From a virus (Duplodnaviria; Caudoviricetes): a DNA stretch of 64,000 bases. A program made the translations under genes and the position numbers. The stretch is from positions 854-64,853 of IMG/VR virus record IMGVR_UViG_3300031867_000048. One strand, given 5' to 3'. The notes beneath the pieces were generated by a model. The model was not told where the DNA came from. It did no database searches and saw only the letters and a program-made list of their open reading frames with translations. Shown here piece by piece: positions 33,301 through 37,329 of this stretch; within the stretch, counting starts at the first letter, position 1, and the number at the start of each line of letters is the position of its first letter.

Positions 33301-34216
33301 CAGCACCTGTGTTGTCAGTGGTTTTGCCACTGATACCCATTCTGCTCAGCACATAGTCACCAAAAGCATCATCATTCTGTACGCGCTTAATGGTTGCGGC
33401 TGCAATCTTAGCTGGGTCTGTCTCGCGTTCTACATTAACAGCAGTTTGGAAAGCGCTAGCGAAATTAGATGTCGCTCCTGCAACAGTCTGAGGTGCACTC
33501 AAAGCACGCTCAGCCAACTGTGCCTCAGCATCCTGCACAGCTTTCTTGGCCCTCTCCTCTCCTGCTGCACGTTCTTCAGCAAAGACAGGGGCTACATGCT
33601 CCTGATAGAACTTCTCAGTATTCTGCTTGTCAAACTCACTGCGCTTCATCTGACGGGCAGCTTCGGCTTGCTGGGCCTGTTCTATAGCACCCATTCTTTC
33701 GCTAAAGTCAAAAATTTCTGGGTGCATAAAACTATTCCCAGCATCAGCCTGACGCTGTGCCCATTGCTTATTCAACTCTGGAGAGTCTGCCATCCGACGG
33801 GCTTCTTCTGCTCCCTGCACAAACGGCTTAGGTATCTGATACTCCTCAGGCCTTGACAGATCTATCGGCTCTGTGGGCTGAGGCTCCGTCTCTGCTACCA
33901 CATAAACTGGAGTTGCTCCTTTTTCCAACGAGTCTAGACCTGCCTCTGTGAATGTCATGCCGTTTTCAGCCTTGACAGTGTTGGCAATCATGCCTCCCTT
34001 CTTGGGCTTGGTATCAAACAGCGTGCTCCTGAAATCATCGTAGTTGTCAGGAACATCAAAGTCGTTATCTTTTAATGCTTTCCATAAGGTTAGTCGGTTC
34101 TGATATCCTTCGTTGCCAGGAAGAGACAGTGTTTCTTCAAAAGAACTGTAATTCTCAGGAACATCAAAGTTATTCGCAAGTAATGACTTGTGAAGGGTCT
34201 GTAATGGCTTCTCCAT
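15395..34216 (-). CDS. Giant (6273 aa) large polyvalent ejection protein
   Basis: Uninterrupted ORF. Recognised modules: InPase-like (IENPKGSVRSG..DTYGYI..DGDHLDFF), four HExxH-type metallopeptidase-like motifs, PRTase-like (VLVPAPSH..VVIDNVVDTG), MutS-I-like, two ART-like (WHGS/YHGS..G.G.Y) domains. Confidence 0.85.
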   Translation of the reverse strand: MEKPLQTLHKSLLANNFDVPENYSSFEETLSLPGNEGYQNRLTLWKALKDNDFDVPDNYDDFRSTLFDTKPKKGGMIANTVKAENGMTFTEAGLDSLEKGATPVYVVAETEPQPTEPIDLSRPEEYQIPKPFVQGAEEARRMADSPELNKQWAQRQADAGNSFMHPEIFDFSERMGAIEQAQQAEAARQMKRSEFDKQNTEKFYQEHVAPVFAEERAAGEERAKKAVQDAEAQLAERALSAPQTVAGATSNFASAFQTAVNVERETDPAKIAAATIKRVQNDDAFGDYVLSRMGISGKTTDNTGAGESEPLSEREKKYMQLLFATETNEVADQMIQRIYDQYKAEGAPKSALDYIAGKAFHENFVASLFDAMVRRVANSSGMREQLRAMASEEYVQDASWLTRAAGGAAPFAVDMLTGGFAAPTAVGNALVKGGMRMAAKEVTREMGKRAAARGLKDAALEEAVAGGAGVAERYLATQAPILNFALRSAGSAANFATYDVQSEAVRQLAEGEFNAGNLIKQAVHGATLGGILGATGGVIANATRNSGLTKKVLADIAGVGAETGIFAAANGIEKAHQLGIDIADVDWADTTGEALGMVLGMKTVGAVTHPKEFLKRYQQSKDLGMQLNQRDIEELKQAGYNFDSIFKGLGEFGKIAPESATVRRAAAEYTEDATGKRGQRNTETTEAYVDADAFDAVMRNPEISSSLKRKVAFIATGKVLSLEPVFGASMDIDENGNVTITTKNVYGNPIETKEYQSIEQAQQDYQLMQEMARANTIGGLERIADKTGYQDVVDTAKGRTEAETGVDVDNLDKLSELTTEEANGVLDAYIKNLQDAYMERFNENLERIGTPAADATGTVADDGSGLPTDGSGTTKTERRQAAYERGASVAEDESQLPAMNYDGKLAEARMLALMPDGEQAGYARQQVMQAIEQGDVEAAERILQQQSPYLSAEQRKAVEAYIDAYETRLGIDDAIERKIADYEYLRREQIMPFADPQGDVTALRLRDDSIVYYQSGDMNGYHSTVFVTTEDGRTDQVDSNEIVQVEYTRPAEDIIAEEVADYGNKLAQRYNMLAEGSMLMDGQEADMVMGNQLFHVTALGLDEQGNTVVQMEDGSRMAMTPEQMAEAIDAADMVKIQELLAQEKNAAAEQQRTLRFDKGIVGYAEGTPDLTNKDTKPEVAAEYLLSQVGPDGQPVDRKVVLSDVDGQIAKLSVDKDSALQALQQTSNDMAMADDAEADALRQRTEQLEAQIATIDAQRRKWGEIRQAMMTDEERLAFEKDRIKEIGKAKSQSKIVAPEGEPAWKVNMPTKEQVVEKYPERSDGEAFVEEQRKQLSKMYRQDVYPTYDNIQKQLDDYQHGLTDLTPNEVKSLTDEQARLGLRMTQMVEEMNAWKKLGTDLARAYTINERQNMTPHEQAMAKLAGETDKTKKLKLAQEAFKDDPDAAAILDNVEPQDVYEYIAENLGKGSINWEGLKRGEHEVRGLIAEMGKDKKRGVGAGYDTNGYNYFLAPTGQGKGIDEIIHDLYEGSPYRDDEVRNALLTMLKEAEKPTDISHRVIDDRIAQAELIYEQNRERERELEEEAQRQAEDEAIMQMTGMTPEEYDAFTADLEQRLAEQEGYQNSEEYFNQLANEYDRTNERRAGGSQEESTLVMQGQEGKQAAAEAEGQGGAGENDAELAAKHLQTIKDGVDLYLKKYRTLAPLEMVDINSDEQLAKIVGDVFVEDLRKYLKKYKVPALYDTENKKIYIFAEYLSPENVEEAIFHENIHRGLEQYYGNGLREVSEAFWNTASPTNPEATAKHKAAIQERYQDEPEESQHEEYLVHVFAHQMATGKVDNLFPRLSPEHQEIIDNILHNIGYDRAKEATQRRGQQGSDGADKEEVPAAVQESGPGGRVDYGRKQRTTPEVQDSGAGKPAEAEENGEVGPLKDVIKIDDDNYSKEEQKSLKYIDGESFEEYSKRNNSNVYDAEMARLYLQQKYADRLDEIAGIIGNLTPDNVAEAGKKIGEMVDSRDEGYAMQFLLRNIHPETILPFNGAVSAVFDKKIFDSQEDVSFPARLAKAKEEVNTQPTEEQKKAGNYKMGHISFGGYQMSIENPKGSVRSGKDANDKPWSIEMQDTYGYIGKKYGTDGDHLDFFINDDADLDSWNGRVYVVDQKNEDGTFDEHKVMYGYPSYAAAKRAYMRNYEPGWWDKHVMQMTGVRKSVFDKWLEDSDHKTKPFAEYSRTRQTETVSNNMEQLMADVEERKNAKPAEPSGETVGVVEAGYKVGELEAMSIDELKQARKKRKADLSTARLMLGTIDKLKNTEKGVRLQNTVAQATADIAAIDKEIEKKSDLFRQAVEQQEIGGAMVDQLEGMGFDVSTDPAEMRKVRKQAEKDNSEEGKLRHFETPDGKIYGFVYRGKMYLDPRKIDAELPIHEYAHPWCEAFRRLNPEGWQNIVGLMKADKDTWEFIKALNPDLKSEDDIAEEMITKCSGQRGAEWAEQEYARMNQRDPNYKSKWGNIWKNISKAIQDFWKAIGDFLHIKYESAEQVYDQVVRDFANKMNPRKRVEQWLKERDNDYVKAVEAGDNAKAKELFDAALRENIGNGITPYIAVEGYRKMRPLAHAVKERDPQVIAKVADMMAPLIPKDAVLVPAPSHSGKATDMLDLAKAISERTGAPVADVLTSGERPSQYKAKYAGKPIASSEMGIVAATDQLPADKLPVVIDNVVDTGNTAEACIQALGKGIVASLADSVEKRKHVASLKSAEPVVTDKNGNVIPLSDRFQFMIEEGNLFSDEDFEEPAREAAGTVVMDMHGFNLNSPLGKRLAELKKQAGENGLVGYTTDDGYVFVGDSTKAVGNTYTSEGERDGMQTVTVSQKQFDTLSPKLVKAGYKMAFLESADVESEKPEADATGTVAVAKSQDAVEKVLKEVERRKEVSKDKKEADDIIKQYLGRKPKTEDERVKQLATKAVLKAMDNAGVPYKAVSKEEEKQMLKIFSMMNQEPIKEFARSAYMRANSPHGSRGRYIIYDMSNPYGVPMYFEKLSTAKFGLESMQRLVPDGSWEIMDIGYPEDVAAQSQIQRKAAEYYELMQMMGGDKKTSASATALGEKSPLKDAVVTDSDFAKVQNNLETLAKNTEKISNEEKNRFISLLAKAVGAKKRGSNSQYVTIEAKNGTVVTLRLADHNVTVSNFDYSEEPNGVSIVISRKPNAGVTNDGNAHIVEYFYPDKELRKADGSPYSEIVKSVEQMLYSGEYKDTTGIAQPEEVNNPMDLQADIETWHGSGYTFTKFDHSNMGKGAGSQVFGWGTYLTDGEKIAEDYANSVAKRKYNDETPGYNGKEVLYKGEKIDLDQSKLDPLRLAYDTLNSEGTIRKAVTFVERLMDYAEEQDMKDTWQEVLNILKNSKKSDFKVRDADLTDKRLLYKVEIPEDTGDNYLDWMVTIKKPLRKKIADAVRQLDGEPKQSFIYTNYKNGWESLADMIEREQFAYKEIHDRLLMAFGGRVKDAERVSKLMNSLGFVGVKYPAGTIWGGGNGATNYVIFNEDDAKIVQTISFMWGDEPADNATSTAAPIFISNALSAVEAIKQEKATPEQWLAMLQKNGGLKAGEDKWLGLSDWLKDQKGSVTKQDLLDYIRKNQIQVEDVNYSNIKRDRKDEDYDSLSVSSLPKAMREPMEALNKRWSELYHEARKEADSPSQAKNAAFEKLREEYGSDFITYFATRDTENLVVRNPRYLQDAAKMLGVEVDIDNPINGTRMAYTTNGLDNKREIALTVPTIEPWNESDEIHFGDAGGGRAVAWVRFGDTEIEHGMSANHQAAKKALDTYYDSLVEKYATGDDPLELSTKMTDEEHAEMQRLEDEYSKTFDEGKKKVLVIDEIQSKRHQEGRDKGYRVDPPADAPEKMAYDKANEEYHNYSSELRKKYGRDDISYGLTEEERSKMGDLFNKTMQVRVDYNKYLQENGYGPFSGSDIPDAPFDKNWHELAMKRMLRYAAENGYDKVAWTTGDQQADRYDLGGVIDSINAYPHSDPMTGEVIPEQYDVFVKDKRGGYIHEQGMEGLLTKEQILQNFGKDLGARIIKEADEHPDGTAEISGDGLRIGGEGMKGFYDEMLPRFMNKYGKKWGVKVEKIDLPALENDGVTMWSIDVTPEMRESVMQGQPMFQKEGKKLLGWSDGKQVYLTKDGLNPNTPLHETTHLWDNWCMKEHPDLWQKLVAAMKKTAMWEEVASNPNYRNIWNDENRMASEVHARLSGAAGEDEFMKAAFKKNTPKSIINEVKNALRKFWEAVLRLFGKHTKTIGDDWTSLDAIIRMPIRDLVNQDFEKVMKVADPYDDANAMLGYHGSSAIFDKFDLSKVGSGEGQAVSGHGIYVTSSEGTARYYAKVSSDRRRNVIQKMGYTVNGEIVHDPALVRANEYLKKADNNVDEAIKACEHTIEILNRHRDKNPFGSLPDAGKSNAEQAMDYLLQEKEHPGTLGFQEEIVEQPAKQVYEVEIPDDTGKNYFDLDKKLTKKQKEDIKKAFFERINSGDEAEYWKKNRDIIDYEWKIVDSNEGTGDAARGVMEQFLPSEDVSKIFSELGYVGSKVKGSDGTTYIIYNVDDLKIKKRAELMFHIEDDPETVKRLDKEPKEVGYRNVVANEDGTLGSPMANRLGKKGEGKKATTPFEYGKWERSDEHPELANEQGKIDLIKPDGKPVGGVDYNPYIHIRPNKVNKQFKQAWERPNLIYVETEYPKSELNGEYHADKAAKPVGKHKWGTQGEYLILSRWDKPVRMVPWEEVADDWVKEFEGTDGIHFDIIPPKLLPILAERGMKILPPHKGMGKDCQEAYKEWKDEHDIMRSKGKKLAAHDTTGFADVAEAAGEALGGVKVNAVTSADADAKLKAEIEAGTKGIYDPNTHTVTLLLDNIEDANDAVRTVFHEKLGHEGLVDLLGGQDEVNKFGTFVYRSAKNNVRKRILDKADEIDSEWMDGARYSKAAQEILADIAEEGPKTADEFDLWTKVKHYLIALLNKLGAKVRGLLNDKDLAYYIVKTGAALKKWDKMSETERANLSAQASNHDIMRSVNGKPRQKKGESMAQYFQRLKEWEKWREARRMAKENGDPEPKEEDFHERAEADYKQALQEWMDDNGVSGTDGLGAFPKRQDGETPQEYAVRVAQYESDKDMWSTAPKLMDYLRRANEDYRAAYTAWRERYDLQEEMSVDQRIYEGTVEPQPTFTDAEQEAQYLAEKDLADAEGFEIDEEGAKRMAKLAVIERRKDFESANAEDAIWVYDFVKKSDAVAKELAARIPDATGKELRAALPFLIEADRRRENLEAERENAVMEVNKSEAVQKAHTFIDYYNMDAIEDELKALNDAWDYKEKHPTGDAQQAYREAAARLAEKLNQLNQNKGGYNKLFADDIMQIRSLLNTASVTGRGDVMPEWAEKYQGQPEVQQLMEHIKAWYDEFYQVLEDAGLRGDAGFIDDGYVNHVWDKEKSDPKAWEQYIENRQRTKSPNMRHREIDTYMDGISIGLVPKYTDISDMIAHYSRQNNEAVANSHFLDDLKFVVVQEMNDEGEVKAILPLLMTDKPDGLLRDKYAQYYVPGVGDVYVLKHIQKRFANIFGTMRTPDAAQWLSNIGKGYDIVSSTAKKIQLALSGFHALALWEVDIAQNGPVDALKHLAKYIIVDSIKGNALPAYTHPEDFQLAAKHLVQLGATEDYAAADVNAITKKMREFFKGLQMDDAAWKKAAGTVGSPAAIFMDWINQGFDTVLWNYLHDGLKLCAFKELAKQVDRRVADKGLDEDTRERMLDEAGQYVNDMFGGQYWELINISPATLKWMRRFFLSPDWLISTNRHFFANFGFGSIYSDGGFRKYIKYNWDNIQRMFGKDVASNELRRLRSRNAKICYLIGAVIWFGMFYNAINALMRWMDEKDEKAKADEQRKTNPNYKSPYELAYPDGMKWYDYTMYGNAVGQQTHLFTGRYSDGTETYVRWGKQFREFPELFIGRHGVEFPSPLIQRMMSKANPNIGTVIDFLGAQNIGGFNGSYENKELREKYGKTVATLSAMARHFIPFGMPTQTDKEYKWLDFFMPSSKGFSRYKAKDYFETFIMDGDWNGIEATYNACVMNGIDAEKALNAAISSIKATQRREMTDDVTDLSSAALKFDAATNPDERKVLLNKLKKHLKDSEYKAMTREEAIEKVHNFIDGDGVDEKENARYVMLATSKDIIAEEKLKDLGRTAKKFKQEVDAAKGTDKYADMKERYGSWLLINKKINKATRDINKEKKRLGSGMNEDEVMKKIRETIRKAQADVDEIQAPQ
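25529..25552 (+). repeat. Footed hairpin in the giant gene (PEADATGTV)
   Basis: TGTG-CCCGTAG-CATCAG-CTTCGGG. Confidence 0.75.
25847..25870 (+). repeat. Footed hairpin variant in the giant gene
   Basis: TGTC-CCCGCTG-CTTCTC-TAGCGGG. Confidence 0.6.
31643..31666 (+). repeat. Footed hairpin in the giant gene (PAADATGTV)
   Basis: TGTG-CCCGTAG-CATCAG-CTGCGGG. Confidence 0.8.
33872..33896 (+). repeat. Footed hairpin in the giant gene
   Basis: TGTG-GGCTGAG-GCTCCGT-CTCTGCT. Confidence 0.65.
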
Positions 34217-34225
34217 ATTATAGAT

Positions 34226-35848
34226 TTATTTCTTTGGTTTCGTTACCCATTTAACACCTGTAGACTTTTTCTCGCCTTTTGCAGGCTTCTGCTGGCTTGT
34301 GCCTACGGTCTTCGTAGTAGTAGACTTCGAACTGCGAACATGTCCGTAATCGTCCAGATCGTTCTCCACTACACGGACAGTAGTAGTGTTACCACTGCTA
34401 CCTCTGCGTCCTGTACTTGGCCTACGGTTCTTCTCAGCAGCAGAAACTTTTTGGTCTTTTTCTACAGGGGTTAGCACTTTTATTCGCTCTGTGGCAGCTT
34501 CGTTCTTTTTTATAGTAGAATCAGCTACACGGCCTTGGTCTTCAGCTCTTTTCGTAGTAGCATTGGCGCTCGCCTGGCGTGCTGCGGCATTGGCTTCTGC
34601 CATCTGCTTTCTCAGCTCATAGTTGCGCTCATCCGCCCAGTTCTTATGCATCTGTTGAATGAGACTCTGATTGTTCAGGCGACGCTGCTCCAAACCTTTC
34701 TCTTTCAACAGTCGCTGGCGCTCCGTCCACTGCACGGGGTCTTCCAGCTTGACAGAACCATAATTCACACTTGCAACGTTACCAATAGCATTACCCAGAT
34801 GCATCAGGAAGTTGTTGACCTTATCCCATCGCTCTTTGCGCTCCTGCATCTTCTTGGCCTCTTCGTTGTCGGCTACACTCTTACTCAGGTCGGCATCCTG
34901 AAACATGGCATTAATCCAATAGGTAGGATTGCCTGTCTCATTACCCCATCGCTGGTAGTCCTGCAACACCTGCGCAAGAGGTAAATTCAATTTCTTGGCT
35001 TCCTCATAGACATTGCCTACCTTTGACCAGTCAGTAAGATATTGGGGCGCGTCTTTCACTTCTGGTTTCTCTTCGGTGGGTACAACGGGCTGCTGTACCG
35101 TGGAAGGGTTAGAAGTCTGCTGGGCAATAGCATCCTGTACGGCGGCTCTGTCGGCAAAGGGGTTATTGCCAACATCTGTGCCAGGCTGTTGTGCTCCAGC
35201 ATTTGTACTATCGGCTACAGGCGTGGTATTTGTGGGTGTACTATCAGCTACTGGTGTCGTAGGTGCAGGTACACCCATCTGTGAAACATTCGGAGTTGTA
35301 GGTTCAGCAACCGAATGTCCTGGAATATTTGCATCTGGCACGCTGTTTTGGGCCTTTGGGGGTATTACTCTTGACGCTTCGACTGGTGGCATATCCATCT
35401 GCAAAACATTCGGAGTTGTAGGCTCTGCTGCCGAATGCCCTGGAATATTTGCATCTGGTATGCTGTTGGGAGTGCTTGGTACTACTCTCGTCGCCTCAAC
35501 TGGCGGGACACCCATTTGTGAAACAAGTGGAGTTGTAGACTCTGCATCTAAACGATTGGGAGTATTTGTATCTGGCAGGCTGTTTGAGGTGCTTGGTACT
35601 ACTCTCGTCGCTTCAACTGGAGGAATACCCATTTGTGAAACATTTGGAGCTGTTGACGCTGCTTCCGAATGACTTGGAACAGTTGCATCTGGCACACTGT
35701 TTGGGGTATTTGGTACTACCCTCGTTGCCTCAACTGGTGGAATACCAATTTGTGAGAGGTTTGGAGTTGTAGGTTCTGTCCCCAAACGACCTGGGATATT
35801 TGTATCTGGCTCGTTTATTTTGGGCTTCTTGATATTTTTGTCTGCCAT
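34226..35848 (-). CDS. Putative ejection protein with N-terminal 39-aa Pro-rich repeats
   Basis: Lies between a small Gly-rich ejection-like gene and the giant gene. Confidence 0.6.
   Translation of the reverse strand: MADKNIKKPKINEPDTNIPGRLGTEPTTPNLSQIGIPPVEATRVVPNTPNSVPDATVPSHSEAASTAPNVSQMGIPPVEATRVVPSTSNSLPDTNTPNRLDAESTTPLVSQMGVPPVEATRVVPSTPNSIPDANIPGHSAAEPTTPNVLQMDMPPVEASRVIPPKAQNSVPDANIPGHSVAEPTTPNVSQMGVPAPTTPVADSTPTNTTPVADSTNAGAQQPGTDVGNNPFADRAAVQDAIAQQTSNPSTVQQPVVPTEEKPEVKDAPQYLTDWSKVGNVYEEAKKLNLPLAQVLQDYQRWGNETGNPTYWINAMFQDADLSKSVADNEEAKKMQERKERWDKVNNFLMHLGNAIGNVASVNYGSVKLEDPVQWTERQRLLKEKGLEQRRLNNQSLIQQMHKNWADERNYELRKQMAEANAAARQASANATTKRAEDQGRVADSTIKKNEAATERIKVLTPVEKDQKVSAAEKNRRPSTGRRGSSGNTTTVRVVENDLDDYGHVRSSKSTTTKTVGTSQQKPAKGEKKSTGVKWVTKPKK
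35281..35815 (-). repeat. Coding tandem repeat, about 4.5 units of 117-120 bp
   Basis: Unit starts near 35281, 35401, 35518, 35635 and 35752; encodes PDxNIPGxxxxEPTTPNVSQMGxPPVEATRVV. Confidence 0.9.
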
Positions 35849-35866
35849 CGCTTCAACGTTTAGTGG

Positions 35867-36403
35867 TTACCATGTCATTCCTGTTTTACCTATCTTGCCA
35901 CCAAAGTCCAGACCACCTGCGGCCTGCGCCAATCCACCAAATGCGGCCTGCGTTGCTTGTGCCTTGGCCTGTGCTGCACCTTGGATGGCGTTGGCTTTAT
36001 ACTGTGTGAAGGCATTGAGCGTCTGGTCGGCATTCTGATAAACATTTTCCTTCTGTGCTTCATGCTGTGTGGCCTGCTGCTGCAACATGTTACCAACAGC
36101 CTCTGTAGCCTGCTGCTTAGCCAGAGCCTCACTCTCGTCCGTACCACCAGTAACAATATTAGTAGCACGGCTGCGCTTACCCTGTTCTGCCAGCACTTTC
36201 TGGGCGTTAGTCACAGCTGCTTGGTTACCTGCTGAGGCGTTGGGGTCTTGATAATACACAGCGTCACGGTGTGCCTTGACTTCCGACATACGCTGGTCGT
36301 AGGCTTTCTGCATCTGTGCATAGCCATCTGCCAGTGCGTTACCTGCCATGCTGCCACCAATAGCACCTGCTGCGGCACCTAATAATCCACCTATTAATCC
36401 CAT
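35867..36403 (-). CDS. Putative DNA-transfer/ejection protein
   Basis: MGLIGGLLGAAAGAIGG N-terminus, Q/A-rich helical body, first gene of the operon. Confidence 0.6.
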   Translation of the reverse strand: MGLIGGLLGAAAGAIGGSMAGNALADGYAQMQKAYDQRMSEVKAHRDAVYYQDPNASAGNQAAVTNAQKVLAEQGKRSRATNIVTGGTDESEALAKQQATEAVGNMLQQQATQHEAQKENVYQNADQTLNAFTQYKANAIQGAAQAKAQATQAAFGGLAQAAGGLDFGGKIGKTGMTW

Positions 36404-36414
36404 AATGATATACT

Positions 36415-36468
36415 TTTTATAATTATTGGGCAAAAATAATCTATTATCTTTGTACGCGCATTATAAAA
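36415..36468. promoter_or_regulatory. Overlapping divergent late-type promoters
   Basis: Plus: TTTTATAA (36415-22)-N22-TATCTTTG (36445-52). Minus: TTTTATAA (36468-61)-N22-TATTTTTG (36438-31). Confidence 0.8.
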
Positions 36469-36478
36469 TGTATATCGT

Positions 36479-36997
36479 ATGAAGAAAGAAACCAAGAAGA
36501 AAGCTACTACCACCACTCCCGCTGCATCAGCTACGGGCACTACTTCTGCTGTCGACAGCAAAGGCAAGCTACGCGACGAAGAAGGGAAGTTTACCAAAGG
36601 TCACAAGAAAATAGGTGGGCGTGTTGCTGGTACGAAGAACCGCAACAGCTCCATCCGTGATATCCTGAAGGAACAACTAGAACCATTCATCAAAGAGATT
36701 TCTGTCAACCTGCTAAAAGTACAAAGAGAAGAAGGTACTGCGGCCATGATGACGCTACAGGAAAAGTATATGCCTTACTTTGTTCCAAAGCTACAGTCCA
36801 TGTCACTGTCTGCTGATCAGGACAGACCAATCTCTGAAGAAGAACGACTGCTGGAGCTGGATGGCCTCTACACCAAGAAAGAACTATCCATTAACTTCAA
36901 ATCCATGACAGTGGTCAACAATGATAAGATGCGTGGTGCTGACCCAGACTCTGACGAGGATGACTTCGACCTGAGCATCTTCGACACTAAAGAATAA
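36479..36997 (+). CDS. terS: Putative terminase small subunit
   Basis: GKFTKGHKKIGGRVAGTKNR resembles the GGRxxGxxN DNA-binding motif of TerS-like proteins; late promoter. Confidence 0.55.
   Translation: MKKETKKKATTTTPAASATGTTSAVDSKGKLRDEEGKFTKGHKKIGGRVAGTKNRNSSIRDILKEQLEPFIKEISVNLLKVQREEGTAAMMTLQEKYMPYFVPKLQSMSLSADQDRPISEEERLLELDGLYTKKELSINFKSMTVVNNDKMRGADPDSDEDDFDLSIFDTKE
36518..36541 (-). repeat. Footed hairpin inside terS (the only minus-oriented copy found)
   Basis: Minus strand AGTG-CCCGTAG-CTGATG-CAGCGGG. Confidence 0.7.
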
Positions 36998-37034
36998 TAC
37001 TCTTCCACTAAACTTCCACTACTCTAGTGGGTAG

Positions 37035-37059
37035 TGTGCCCGTAGGTTTTATCTACGGA
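37035..37059 (+). repeat. Footed hairpin downstream of terS
   Basis: TGTG-CCCGTAG-GTTTTAT-CTACGGA. Confidence 0.75.
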
Positions 37060-37170
37060 TGTTACGTACGAAATATGTTAAAATCGTGTTAAAATTGCGC
37101 CGATGCGAACAAAAGTTGCCGAAAATCGCGCAAAAATTTCCATTTTTCGCACAAAACGTTTATCTTTGCA

Positions 37171-37242
37171 GTGCTTATTACGAAAGTAATTTGAGATTTC
37201 CTGGCAGGCATCAGACTCTTAGCAAAGCGGTGCCTGCTTTTT
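37171..37242 (+). ncRNA. Candidate ~70-nt small RNA or attenuator leader
   Basis: TATCTTTG at 37161-68; ATTAC-GAAA-GTAAT hairpin; GCAGGCATC..GGTGCCTGC-TTTTT terminator. Confidence 0.5.
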
Positions 37243-37290
37243 AATAGATGATCTTGTAATTTTCACATATAACAATAACGACAAAACTAC

Positions 37291-37327
37291 AAATGGAGTC
37301 CGTTGTGATAACGGACTCCATTTTTTT
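37291..37327. terminator. Bidirectional terminator downstream of the integrase
   Basis: AAATGGAGTCCGTT...AACGGACTCCATTT with a T-run. Confidence 0.75.
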
Positions 37328-37329
37328 CT

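Noticed and set aside
35281-35815. 117-bp periodic repeat considered as a CRISPR array
   Set aside because: No constant repeat with unique spacers, the period is a multiple of 3, divergence follows codon positions, and no cas genes are present.
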